Assembly (NCBI RefSeq): GCF_024521635.1 | Contig: NW_026250426.1 | Span: 434,001 to 498,000 of the forward strand | From: Tricharina praecox | Taxonomy: Eukaryota | DNA length: 64,000 nt | Direction: 5' to 3' | Shown: positions 49,931 to 62,397 of the stretch, in pieces | How positions within the stretch are numbered: position 1 is the first letter of the stretch | Layout: the number at the start of each line of letters is the position of its first letter | Translations under genes and position numbers: made by a program | Notes under the pieces: generated by a model | Database searches by the model: none | What the model was told of the DNA's origin: nothing | What the model saw: only the letters and a program-made list of their open reading frames with translations

Positions 49931-52900
49931 ATGGCTTACGACCAAGCGCGCCCGCACCAAACGATGCGGCGTCCCTTCCCCGCGCAGCAGCAGCAACAGC
50001 AGCACCAAGTCTACGACGACGAGCCAGAGGTTGACCTTAGCGGCCTATACGACGGCGGCCCATATGCACTGTCGTCTACGGCAGCGCGCGGGAAGCGGGC
50101 GCCCGCGAAGTCGGCTAGCCAGCCGCATAACCTCCATGGACAGTATGAGATGGACGGCAGGCCAGGTGGCGCAGGAGGGGCTATGAGGTCACAGAGTAGC
50201 GCTCCACTCCTGCCGTATTTGTTGGTTGCGCGGTTGGGCTGATGCTTGGGTGCGCACAGGTCAGCAGCAGCGACGTCCACCGCCAGACGCTCGCCGGAAC
50301 GGGCCAGGTCCTGGCCCAGGCCCTGGTTACGGTTACGGTGTGGATGAGGGGATGAGGAGTATGCATATCGGTGCGAACGGACAGAGTCGGGGGCCGCAGG
50401 GACCGCCGCGTGGTGGTGGACAGTTTAGAGGCGGCGATCCAAGGATGGATAGAGGAGGAGGGGGAATGGGGATGCGGCAAGGCGGGCAGATGCGCGCGCC
50501 GCATGGTAGTTACGATAGTGGACGGGGAGGACCGCCGATGGGCTACGATAGTGGACGTGGAGGACCGCCGATGGGCTACGATATGGGGCGGAGCGGACAT
50601 CCGCAGCAACAGAGGTTACCGCCCAGAGGTGGGAGAGGGTTTGCGAATGGTGGGAGCGGGGACCATCCGCCATCTGGTAGACCACCGCCCATACAGGGTG
50701 CGCCGAACGGCTATGGACAGATTCACCCGGCGGATGACTCGGGATACCGGCTCTACCCCGGGGAATATCAAAGTGCACCGGAACCTACGATGGGGGTTCA
50801 GAGGAGTCAGACGATGCCCACGATCTCCGCCCAACCCCAGTACCAAGCCTATAATCCTGCCGCGCATGCCCCCGCAGTCGTGCCTAAGGCCGAAGTGAGG
50901 CAGAATCCGGCGTATGGTGTCCGAGGGCCGCCAGAGTCACAGTGGCCGAGGGAGAGTGTGGCGGACGTACTCGACGCATACTTTCAGGAAGCGGATTATT
51001 ACGACGATTATGTGGATGACTACGCCGATGCCTATACGTATCAGAACGCGCCGGCAGGACATGCGGCACAGTCCAACTTCCCGCAAGCTGCACCACCCGG
51101 CACTGCGCACCCGCAAGCCAACGGTCAATGGAACGGTGGAGATTCGGACTTTGCCCAGCAAGCATACCGCAGCCGGTCGCAGCCCGATCTCGCGGGCCAG
51201 TACAGCGCCGGAGCCCACTACGATGGACCGGCAGAGATGCCTGCTGATCTTCCGCCAATACCGCGTCCCTCGATCGACGGGTACAGCATACCTCCGCGGT
51301 CGAACGTTCCTGCGGCGCTACGTATGGGCTCGCCAGCTCCGAGAAGCATCCGCTCGAATCACTCGATCCGCTCTGTACAGAGTTCCGCACTACCGCAAAG
51401 AAGACCTTCGGTCCAACAGGACGGCGGACTACCTGCGCATCCTTCTCCAGCTGAGCTCCGCGAAGCCGAACAAGTGGCCATGCGTCACTCCAATCCCGAT
51501 CTACTCCCTGCGCATCCACCGCCCGTACGGCCAGGATTGCTGCAAGATGCTGCTGGTGGCCCCACCCATACTCCGCCGCCTCCCATACGGCAGTATGAAG
51601 ATGACCGCAGGACGGATAGGCCATCGCCCACGAGTGCTGAAGCGCCGGTGACCATGCAGGAATTGGAGCAGATGCGGAATCAGGCGACAATGAATCCTAA
51701 TGACAATACGCTCCAGCTCAAACTGGCGAAGAAGATGGTCGAGGCGGCGACAACACTGGCCAGTGAGGGCGGCCGCGCAGATATCAAGACCACCAGGAGG
51801 AACAGGGAGAACTACATTTTTGATGCTCATAAAATCATCAAGAAATTGACGAATGCGGTGAGTTCGAGGTGGTTTCTGGGTTGACAGATGTAGTACGTGT
51901 TGCTGATATCGCATTGGATTGGACACAGTCGTTTCCAGACGCAATGTTCTATCTGGCGTCCTGCTATGGCGAGGGCCAACTGGGATTGCAGGTGGATCAC
52001 GAGCGAGCATTCAACCTATACCAGTCTGCCGCTAAACTGAATCACGCGCCATCTGCGTATAGAACTGCAGGTAAGTGGGGAATGAAATTTTCCATCTGAG
52101 GATTGTGTCCTGACGTTCGGACGCAGTTTGCTGCGAGCTTGGTGCCGGAGTCCGTAAGGACCCAACGAGAGCCATGACATGGTACAAGAAAGCGGCAGCA
52201 CTCGGCGAGACGCCGGCGATGTTCAAACTCGGCATGATCATGTGGAAAGGATTGTTAGGCCAGACGCGGAACCCGCGGGACGGCTTGATCTGGCTCAAGA
52301 GGGCGGCCGATCAGGCCGATGAGGCGAACCAACATGCGTTACACGAGCTGGTGAGAATACATGAGGATGATGACTTCATGGTCTTGTTCGTTCGTTCGTT
52401 GCTGACCGACTCTGGCAGGGCATGCTCTATGAGGGCGAGAACGGTGACGTGGTGATTCCGGACGTCGATTACGCGCGCGAGCTTTTCTTGAGGGCTGCCG
52501 AGCTCGGGTATGCGGCGTCCCAGTTCCGTATGGGCTGCGGGTATGAGTACGGCACTCTGGGATGTCCGGTCGACCCACGGAAGAGCATTGCCTGGTACAG
52601 CAAGGCGGCCATGAAAGGTATTTTCCCCGCGTGCGGCCGTAAAAAAAAAGAGAGAGCAAAACTGACAGAAGTACCTAGGCGACCACGAGGCCCAGCTAGC
52701 ACTCAGCGGATGGTACCTCACCGGCTCCGAGGGTGTGATCCAGCAGAGCGACACGGAGGCCTACCTATGGGCCCGCAAGGCCGCCGAACACGGGCTTGCA
52801 AAGGCGGAGTACGCTCTGGGGTACTACACAGAGGTCGGCATAGGCGTACCACCCAATCTCGACGAGGCAAAGAAGTGGTACTATAAAGCAGCCAGTATGT

Positions 52901-53093
52901 CCCCCCCACCAAGGCCTTCTTCGCTGGGAAGGAACGAGTGACTGATAGAACACAAGGCCAGCAACATCCCAAAGCCCAGCTCCGACTGCAGGAGCTAAAG
53001 AAGGGAGGCACAGCGGCGGTACAGAAGAGCAGAGAACGCCTGTCGCGGTCGAATGGGAAGCACAAGGAGGAGGGCGATTGTGTTGTAATGTAG
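49931..53093 (+). CDS. CHS4: SEL1-repeat chitin synthase activator (Chs4/Skt5-like) with long disordered N-terminus and CaaX box
   Basis: Exons 49931-~50195 (donor uncertain, 50165 also fits), 50260-51857, 51929-52070, 52127-52350, 52419-52617, 52679-52894, 52957-53093. SEL1 repeats AFNLYQSAAK, AMTWYKKAA, SIAWYSKAA, AEYALGYYTEVGIG; C-terminus CVVM*. Confidence 0.88.
50508..50594 (+). repeat. 33-bp coding repeat, YDSGRGGPPMG x about 2.5
   Basis: TACGATAGTGGACG(G/T)GGAGGACCGCCGATGGGC in tandem. Confidence 0.85.
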
Positions 53094-53839
53094 ACGGTTT
53101 GGTTTGGTTTGGTTGAGGGAGGGAGGTCCGCGCTGGTGTGGATCTACCTAGACTGTACATTGGTTACTTGGCTTGGGTGTACTATGATACCAGGTGCTTA
53201 TATCTTCTTCTGGGCCGTTAGCCGTTGGCTGTTGGCGAATTCTGTATCTGGATTCTATATCTGTATCTGTATCTGTACCCCGGGCGTTGCTGTCTGTCTG
53301 TCTTGTTTCAATTTTCAATTTTTCGATGCGGAGTTTGGGGGGTGATTATGGCTTGTGGCTTTTTATAGCCTACTTATGATACCTATAACGAGGTCTATAA
53401 CGAGGTCTATATAGCGATACAATGTTTCTACATATTGTCTTGAGCGTGAATCGTGATTGAATTGGTTGGCTATAGTTGCATGAGATTTCGTCGTCTTTGA
53501 AAAACGGTGAGATTGCTACATACCGAAGGAAGAAGGAAGAAGGAGAAATATAAACTGGCGGATAGGTACCAGGTTAAGCTGGTGTTTGGCAGAAAGAAGT
53601 GATGTATGTACTGTATGCCTGAGTACTCACCATGTACTAAAGTAAATCCACCATGGTACGTGGGTAACCCAAGCTTCGGGGAACACTGGAGCCTTTATGT
53701 ACATCGACGCATCTACTCTACATACATACTACCTGGTGGTGAATCGAGGCCGCAAAGACAGCAGTAATTCCACAAGTGCCTGGGCAGGTGAACAGTGGCG
53801 TTAGAGATGTTCACTGGAGTGGAGAGACCGCTGAAGAGG

Positions 53840-55030
53840 CACGAGTGAGCGAAAATGAGTATTACCAACGGTCACTATGGTGGATTACTAACCCGATCTA
53901 CACATGGTCAAATCTGGAGGCATAATTCTATTCTCCAAACTCACAGCTATTACTCCACTCCGGTACTTTGCCTACATAATCACAAACTCATTCAATAGAT
54001 ACAACTGACCAACGCGCCAAAAGTATCTTCACACACCCTCCTGGCCAAAAATAATACGCTCATGCGCTATGTATGCACCGGGCCGGCGCGGGGGAGTGGT
54101 CGTGGGAAGCAGAAATAGGACAAGGTATAGGTACATAAACCGCCATCATGCCCGGAGATGCAGAGGGCTGGCTTGGATAGTCATTGGACGATAATGCTCC
54201 AACTGCTTAGGTAGAGTGGGTACTCAAGGTTCAAATCACCATACCTACCGTCTTGAAGAATTGAACCAATGCATCGCCTCAATCGTCTTCGTTGTTTCGT
54301 CGACCAAACTCCTATATAGAGTGCCTAGAGTACACGATCACGCTCGGACAGACCTCCGAATAGTGCGATCCTTCCTGGCCTGCTTCTTGTTGGGATATGA
54401 AGTCTATTTTGCACACTTACTCTACATACAAGGACGGTATGCGTCTTGGCTTTGAGTAATCAGATGAATCAGATGGAAACCTCCAGACCGGCGAAGCTAC
54501 ATAGAGTAGCTCTTCGTCTCCCAACTCAACCTAGGTAGACAGATCCACGCCGATACATAATACATTTCACCGGACCGGACCGTCACGTGCAGCAAGCTGT
54601 GAACCCCCCTCCCGTCCACACCGTTGCTGTGAGGCAACCAAGGAAGGTTAAGAACCCGTTGTCGATCGAAAGCGTTAAGCTTTGCTGGCCGGCCACTTTG
54701 GGATTGAGATGGCCTTGTTAGGCATTGTACATACCCTCAAAGTTGCGGCGCTGCAAAACTCGTGCACGCTCGGAGCTTGGACTTCTGCTCCAGAAGCTAG
54801 TTGTTTCTGATCAGGATTTAGGTATCTAGAGTACTCGAATGAGATTTGACGTGTTTCTACATAACTCTTCACTCAAGTTCTTCGAACTATCGGCTCCATC
54901 ACGTGCCTAAGCTTACGAAAGACAGCCCAATTCCGAGTTCCAAGTTCCCACAAGCGGCAGAACGATAACGATTCCGCAGCTGGCTTGCTTGTCCTGGGAT
55001 AGATAGCAAGGCACGAGCCGTGTTGTAGTT
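53840..55030 (-). pseudogene. Possible heavily eroded WD40-repeat gene relic
   Basis: Collinear minus-strand fragments broken by stops and frameshifts: SCLAIYPRTSKPAAESLSFCRLWELGT (~55016-54936), LNPDQKQLASGA (~54821-54786), PNKKQARKDRTIRRS (54394-54350) and MPPDLTMCRSG**STIVTVG (~53924-53864). Recognised by eye only. Confidence 0.3.
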
Positions 55031-58000
55031 ATGTACTCTCAACATGTGGGGGCTAACTAACCGGCTCGGTGCTGAAGCAGAACAAGAAGAAGCATTAGGC
55101 TGAGACACCCAAGCCGGAATAGCCGCATACCCCACCGGAACTAATCCGGCGACATGATCATCGTCACGTGCTTTGCTGTTGGTTAGTTAGAGTAGGTACG
55201 CTGCACTCGGACCTGCCAGCTCCAACGCTGGCGGCTGGCCTCCTTTTCTTGATTCTTGATAAGGCCTGATCGGATGAGAAATGGATGGGAAGGGATGGAT
55301 GGGATGGGATGGCGGGTGGGATGGCGGGTGGGGTGGCATCGATGGACGATGGACGATGAACGGGGACGGGGCGGGGGGACGGGGGAGGGCAGCGATATGT
55401 ATCGCAGCCGACCTACACACCTAGAGTAACTATCGCGCATTGAAGCAGTGCTGTGCTCTGCTTTGTTGGCTATGCACGCAACAAGTGGAGTGGAGCAGAG
55501 TAAGTGCATATGCAGCCTATCTTTGTACTCAACTGCGCTCTACTATTATTCTACTGATTCTCTTGACCACCTTACTCCAGAGTCCACAGATCTCGCCCGC
55601 CCGGCTACCTACCTGCGTGCCTGTCTGCGTGCCCGCCTGCGCCGCCCGGTATTGTCGTGCGTTGTCTCGGTTGCTGCAAACGCTCGAGCTGTCCGTTCGA
55701 ATCGAAATGCGTTGGGTGGCCGGGGTCGGAACTGCAACAACTGAGGCAGCGGGTAGATCTCGAGATGATCGTATCATACCTACGGGCCTACGGTGCGGGT
55801 GTGTATTACGTAGAACTTGGCTCCCATCCATCCATCTGTCACGGAGCCTTAAACGAGTCGGCTGGGGAGCGCTGTGAGTGCCGGAGATAGGAGCCTTGCC
55901 CGCTCTACTACCTATGCTACCTAACGACCTAGGTAGAGTGTGGGTAATAGAGTGGTTACTCTACTCGAGAGAACTAGAGTGCATACAGTTACTAGAGTAT
56001 AGTTATCTACTCCATCGAACAGCAGGCTGAGTTAAACCGCGAAGGGAGGAGGTGTGGGTCCGGGCGCTCGAGGAGTCGAGGGAGGCAGGCCAGCCAGTGG
56101 CCATGGCTCGCTCGTCTCCCGTCCCCCCCCCCTCTCTCCTTTCCTTTTTCTCACTGGCCCAGCCAGACACCTGCCGGGCCAGGGTGCAACACTCTAGCCC
56201 GCCGAAATGGAGACTACCGAGCTTCTTGGCCGCCCCCGCCGTGCATGCGGCAGTAGTCATCAGCGCCGTTTTCAGGAGGAAAAAAAAAGAAGAGACCCTT
56301 CTTTTCCGCTTTGCCTCTCTTCGTCCATCCGTCCCTTTTCCGTCGCCCGCTCCGCTCAACGAGGCGGGAACGAGGTCGCTCGCCGCGACCGCCGCTGCAC
56401 GTTCGCAACGAGACGGTGCTACAAAGACCGTGGAATAGATTCCCATCCCTGAATTCCCATGGCTATCGCGACGGGAGGGTAACCTTCTGCACGTTCTCGA
56501 TTTCGCTTCACCCCTTTTTTTCCCGTTCTGCGATGGCTGTGGTTATGCGAAATAGATTGATGTTCTCCCTTTTTTTCTCTCTCTCTCTCGCTCTCTCTCT
56601 CTCACTGTCTCTCGCTGTCTCACTCTCATTCTCATTCTCTCACTCTCTCTCACTCTCTCTCACTCTCCCTCTCTTACACATGCACACTTTTTTTTTGCCT
56701 TTCCGGTTCGGCAGATAACGGCCGGGTAATGACACACCTCGCCTCCCCCGCGCGAAGTTACTCGGAGACCCCGCGCCCAAAAGCTTACGGCGTGAAGGGG
56801 AGTTGCATCGAAGGCTTTCCGTCTCGCCAAGGTTGTAACTTCCGTCAAGTGTAAGCCGAACAAAGGGCACATCTATCCATCACTTTGAACCCATGCAACC
56901 ACCCCGAGACCGAGACAGCCCTTGCGCTACTATTCACCCGCGAGAACCGCTATGTCCCGCGGTGCTTGCTAGCGTGGGTTTTGCAGCAGATGTGTGTACA
57001 GTAGAGTACGGTGCAGTACGGTACAGTACGGTAGATACATACCAGGTATGATAGATAACTCTAGATTTGCACGAGAGATGGTCATGGCCCTGCCCTGCCT
57101 GCTCGCCGGCGTCCCTCGTCAGGCTCGAGGCTCGACGATGCAGCTGAGAAAACAGACGCTCCGTAGCGCTCCGTAGGTCGCGGAGCCTTCTGGGGGAGGG
57201 GAGAAGGGGGGCTGGCGATCGATCGTGCGCAGCCCACGAGATAATTTCTTCAGCGAAGGAGCTGGACGGGATCAGGGTCGAGTACCTATGGTAGTAATGA
57301 GAGAACAGATGCAACCCACGATGATTATAATTGGCATACCCTCCCTCCCCCCCCTTTAGGCTGCGGCTTTTCGGACGAACTTTGTTTGGCTTTCCCGCAT
57401 CGACAGGGCTCGCGATGTTCGCTTGAGGACCGGTACTTTTCGCAGGATTATTCGCGGGAGCTTGGCTGCTTCATGGGATGGCCGCATGCTGAGCCTCCAT
57501 CCCCACCACCATCACCACCACCCTCCCCAGCGGCAGTGGAATTAATTCATCTCTTCGGCCAGAGAAGAGTACTCCTTTTTTTGTTTCTTTTTTTCTTTTC
57601 TTCTTTCTTTTCATCCTCCTGTAGATAATAATGGTCTCTTTGCGGACTATCGCTTCGGACAGACATATAACGACTCCCTTTGACCGGTCCCTCCTCTCCC
57701 CCCCCCCCCCCCCCCCAGCCTGCGGCCCGCTTAACGCTCGCCCTGCTTCCCCCATCAACATCTACCGCCGCACACCCACCACCGCTGCTGCTGCCACCGC
57801 TGCCACCACCACCCATCCCCCCCCCCCACGCCGCAGAGTGCAAGGCCACTTCACCCAGTCCAGTCCAGCCCAGTCAGTCCTTACAACTTACCCACCCCCC
57901 CTCCCCTCCCTCCCCCAACCACCCACCGAACAAATACGTACCAAGACCTTTTCCCCCATTCGCCCTTCCCTTTCCTCTGCCGCTCCACTTAACCCAACCC

Positions 58001-58241
58001 AAACCCTTCCCTCTTTTCCTTTTTTCGCAACCACACCATCCTCTCTCCGCAATTCCCCCTTGCCTGAACTGGACTCAACTCTGTCCTAGAACAGCTCATC
58101 CCTTTCCTCTTCCTCCCTTTCTTCTCCCTCCCACCCCCAAACCTACTCCTCCTCAACTCTTAATACTCCCTCGCCAACAAATTCACGCTTACAACAACAA
58201 CATCCCCCCTTCCACATAAAGCAACCACCTCTCCCTACAAG

Positions 58242-58514
58242 GTAATTATTCTCCCCTCCCGCCTCCTACCCTCCCCCCTATACCGCTCTCGACCCCTGCT
58301 CCGCTTCGCTCCCACCCCCCTCGCCTCCCCTACCCAATCTGCCCGCTTCACGCTTCCTCAAAAAAAGGGCGCCAAACCAAGAACCCTTTTTCCTTTTCGT
58401 TCACTTCGACCGTAGTCACTTCCGCTTTCATCGCCCTCGTCGTTCGAGCCTTACCCTCAGTCCGGCCGCCCGTTGTTCGCTCATCCATACTGATAATCTC
58501 ATTGCCAAATCCAG
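58242..58514 (+). other. Putative 273-nt 5'UTR intron of MCM1
   Basis: AAG|GTAATT donor, ACTGAT branch-like site near 58490, CCAG acceptor 20 nt before ATG 58535. Confidence 0.65.
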
Positions 58515-58534
58515 GCAAAAGTCAACAAGATATA

Positions 58535-59544
58535 ATGGCGGAACACAACAACTCCCCTCCACAGGATGAAACCGCCGCAGACGCCGCGTCCAGTCTGGTC
58601 GCCGGCAACGGCGTACCGAATTCTCAGTCCGGAGTCTCAGGTTCGGCTGTCGACAACTCTCGCAAGCGTCCGCGCCCCAGCAATGGCGACGACGACGATG
58701 ACGACGAAGACTCGAAGCCTGGTCGCGAAAGACGAAAGATCGAGATTAAGTTCATCCAGGACAAGTCTCGCCGGCATATAACGTTCTCAAAGAGAAAGGC
58801 TGGAATCATGAAGAAGGTTCGTCGCCGCTGATAACCACTTTGCTACTCGACATCCCATTTGTCGGTTGTCGCGCTTGCGGTGCGTGTATGTGTGTGCGAT
58901 GGACTGACGCGTGTCTTGATCCCGTCCCCAATAGGCGTACGAGCTATCAGTCCTCACAGGGACTCAAGTCCTCTTGCTGGTCGTCTCCGAGACCGGTCTT
59001 GTATACACTTTCACCACGCCGAAACTGCAGCCGCTCGTCACGAAGGCCGAAGGAAAGAACTTGATTCAGGTATGCCTCCTCGACTCCCGTCCCGCTCGTT
59101 CGACATGTTTCCGTGCACGTCAATTGACACATCCAAGGCCTGTTTGAACGCGCCCGAACCACATAGCACCGATAATGGCGTTCCGGAACAAGACACGTGA
59201 GTGACCGATCCAATCCATTTTTAAGAATTTTTTTCGCGTCGTGAACATCCCTCGCTAATGTCCGGTGCAGAGTCGATTCTCCAGAGGAGCCTCCCCACGC
59301 ACAGCTACCACAGCAGCCCCCTGGAGGTGCCAGGTCCGTCGGGATCCCAGTAGGCCCGGGTGTGCCACAGCCATACATGAACATACCGGAGGCTCAAGCT
59401 TCTGTTCAAGCCCAGCAGCAAGCACAAGCTCATGCTCAGGCTCAGGCCTACCAGCAGTACATTCAACAACAGCAGGCTCAGGCTCAGGCTCGGGCGGGTG
59501 GTTACATGCCACAGCATCCGGGTCACCCCACTCAGAACGCGTGA
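58535..59544 (+). CDS. MCM1: SRF-type MADS-box transcription factor Mcm1
   Basis: Exons 58535-58816, 58935-59069, 59138-59196, 59271-59544: ERRKIEIKFIQDKSRRHITFSKRKAGIMKK|AYELSVLTGTQVLLLVVSETGLVYTFTTPKLQPLVTKAEGKNLIQ|ACLNAP, then a Q/A-rich tail. Confidence 0.97.
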
Positions 59545-61540
59545 CTGCCGGCCTCCGAGATGATCACACAGTAAAGCGTGAGCTGCGACTCAAAAAAATT
59601 CCTTCCTGTCATCGCAGTGAGTCTTTCTGTGGCTAAGGGCTCAAAAATGGGGTTTCTGTTCCGGCGTTTTCGCGGATATGAAATACCGACTGGTTTCCCT
59701 TTCCTTTTTTTTCCTTTTTCGCAATGCATGATGCGGGGCTTCTGTCTGGGGATGGTTTTGCATCGCCCAACTTTAATTGGAGCTATCGAAAGAAATGGCG
59801 GTGGACGGTGGAGTTCTGTTTTTTGCAATGTTTTCTCTTTTCTTCTCTTTTTTTTTTTACTGTCCAAGGAATTGGGTTTACTTTGTACTGGTTGACTTGA
59901 TGGATGTCTGAGTTGGTGCTTCTTTTGCTGGTTGTTTTTTTCTTTCTTCTTCTTTCCTTTTCTTGGATTCATATACCTGCCGTTAGCATGTGAATTTGCT
60001 GTACCTTTTTTTGTCTGGTACGTTCAGCATGGCTTCATCTTACGTTTTCTTCATATTCCCCCCCCCCCTCCACCACCACTACTTCTACTACTACTACAAC
60101 TACAACTTCTTTCTTCACGGAACCTGGGTGGAGTGTGGGTGGGTGGGTGGATTGGGGGGCAGGCGATGTGCGAGAGGGCGCGGGGGGAGCTATACTACAC
60201 TACTCTACACCGAAATTCTTCTCTCTTCTCAGTAATTGGCTTCATGCACATTCTATACCTGTTTTAAAATCCGGATTTGGCTTTGGGTTTTGGTTTTGGT
60301 ATTTTTTCTTCTTTCGTCTGGTTTCTTTTCGGTGCTAGTCATGTGTCAAGATCAAGCTCAAGCTCTCGATCGGAGTTGGAAGTTTGAAGCTCGAATAAGA
60401 TTCCGCGAATGCAAAGCAAAAAAGCAACTGCAGAGCAATGGCAAAGCAATGGCAAAAGAAGAAGGTTGAATCAGGTTGGCCACTCTCTCTCTCCCGATTG
60501 AATCTGGATTCCGGAGCTCTGCACACCCCGAGCGAGAGAGCGACTCCCCCAGTCCGCCCTCCGGTCCGCTCCCCGGCCCGCCCGAGAGAGCGGTGAGGTG
60601 AGTCCGGATGTATAGGCTTTTGTATGCGCTTGACGCGGTGGTGCTGGTGGTGGTTGTAGTGGTACTAGTAGTAGTGATGGTGACGGTGGTGGTGGTGGTG
60701 GTGGTGGTGGTGATGGTGCGGGTAGATGTATGAGAACGAGTGTATGGATGTGGATGGATAGATGGGATGGATGGATGGATGAACGTACTGTTTCTGTAAT
60801 GTACTGTTTCTGAGGGAGGGTATCTGATTATCTGCCATCTGTCACCTCGTGTCCTTGTTTCCTTTCAAAACAAAATCAATATACACACGCGCGCGGGCGG
60901 GTTATCTGTGAATATTTGTGTGCTGAGCTTTCGGTGCTGTATGGTAATGGTATTGGTGGAGGTAAACAAGTTACCCCCTTAGTACTGGCTTGCTGCTGCT
61001 GCCTTTTTCGCCTTGCGTGCGTGCGGAGAGACACCCCGTCGCCTCGTCGCCAGGATACCTAGACAGACAGATACATATAGTAGAATACACCGCCTCGGGC
61101 ACTCCTGGGCACTGCTGCTCCCTGACTCCCTGGGCGCGAGTAACTACTTACATACCGCCGATCATCGCCGCATTGTCCCGTTTCGGTTCGAGGGGTTGGG
61201 GGTTGGGTTGGGGGATGGGGGATGGGGGATGATGTGGCCGGACGGGACGGGACGGCGCCGAGGCCGGGGCTTGACAGGGCCGGATTGGATTGGACTCGGC
61301 TGGGCGGGATTGGACTGCGCGGGGCTGGGTGGGGCGGGCGGGGGAATGAGGAAGGCGCCGGTGACGGATGACGGGTTCGGAGGCCGGCCGGGGACTCGGG
61401 GGATGCGATTCGGCTGTGCTGCGGGGGAGGGGGGAGGGGGGAGGTGGTCGCGGTACGGCTTGACGGTGCTGCTGCTGCTACTGCTGCTGCTGCTGGTGCT
61501 GGGGGGAGGGGAGCGGGACGATTATGCAATCCCGCCTGCC

Positions 61541-61588
61541 TGCACTGTACTGTACTGCACTGCACTGCACTGCACTGCACTGCACTGC
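61541..61588. repeat. (TGCAC/TGTAC)n pentanucleotide microsatellite
   Basis: Read directly from the sequence. Confidence 0.9.
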
Positions 61589-62321
61589 GCGAGTCGATGG
61601 GCGGTCGGTCGGACTGTCGGTCGTTTGCCGATTCGGCTCGGATGCTGGGTTTGGGTGTACCTACTACCAGTACTTTGCCATGAGGAACGCCGATCCGGAC
61701 GCCGATCCGGACCCTGGCTGGCCGGCCGGATACTGATCGGACACTGGTCGGCTCAGGCTGTGGACGCTTAGTGGGGGCTAACTACCTAGGCACTTGTGAG
61801 GGGACTCGCGGGCCATGTGTGAGTACATACATATAGGTAGTTGCTGTCGTGGCGGAAGAGGAAGGGGAAGACGGGGAAGATGGGAAAGGAGGAAGGGGGA
61901 ACTCCATGACTGTCTGCCCCGGAAGCTGGAGAGGAGGGACGGAAACGGTACGGTAGGTAGATGGTGGTAAGGTGGGATACCGTGCACCGTACACCCACCT
62001 CACCCGGCACTGGTCCGTCTAATACCTACTGTTGGCTAGGGGTGCCGGTGAACGCTGCACTACTGGTAGTATATCTTCCTTCGGAGCCTTGAGCTACGTT
62101 TCCATGGCGGCACGGTACGGAATGGGACACTGGCCAGGACAGGACGGTGCGGTACGGCACGAGATGGTACGAGATGGTACATACGGAGGGAATTGAGTCA
62201 CGAACACGGTAGAGTGGAGTATCGTTCAGCTCCCGACCACGGAGGGGAGAAAGCCTACGGGCCTTTTCTAGGGAGTAGGACTAGGAGAGGACATCGCGGA
62301 GTAGACGGCTCGGCTCGGCTC

Positions 62322-62397
62322 GAACTGGACTCGGACTCGAAGTGGACTCGAAGTGGACTCGAACTAAACTCGAACTCGGACTCGGACTGGACTCGAA
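62322..62397. repeat. Degenerate (GGACTCG/AACTCG)-based minisatellite
   Basis: For example GGACTCGAAGT x2 followed by GGACTCGAAC and further ACTCG units. Confidence 0.75.

Noticed and set aside
61013..61771. 252-aa plus-strand ORF
   Set aside because: Built from microsatellites (GGGAT, CTG, TGCAC) with a non-ATG start.
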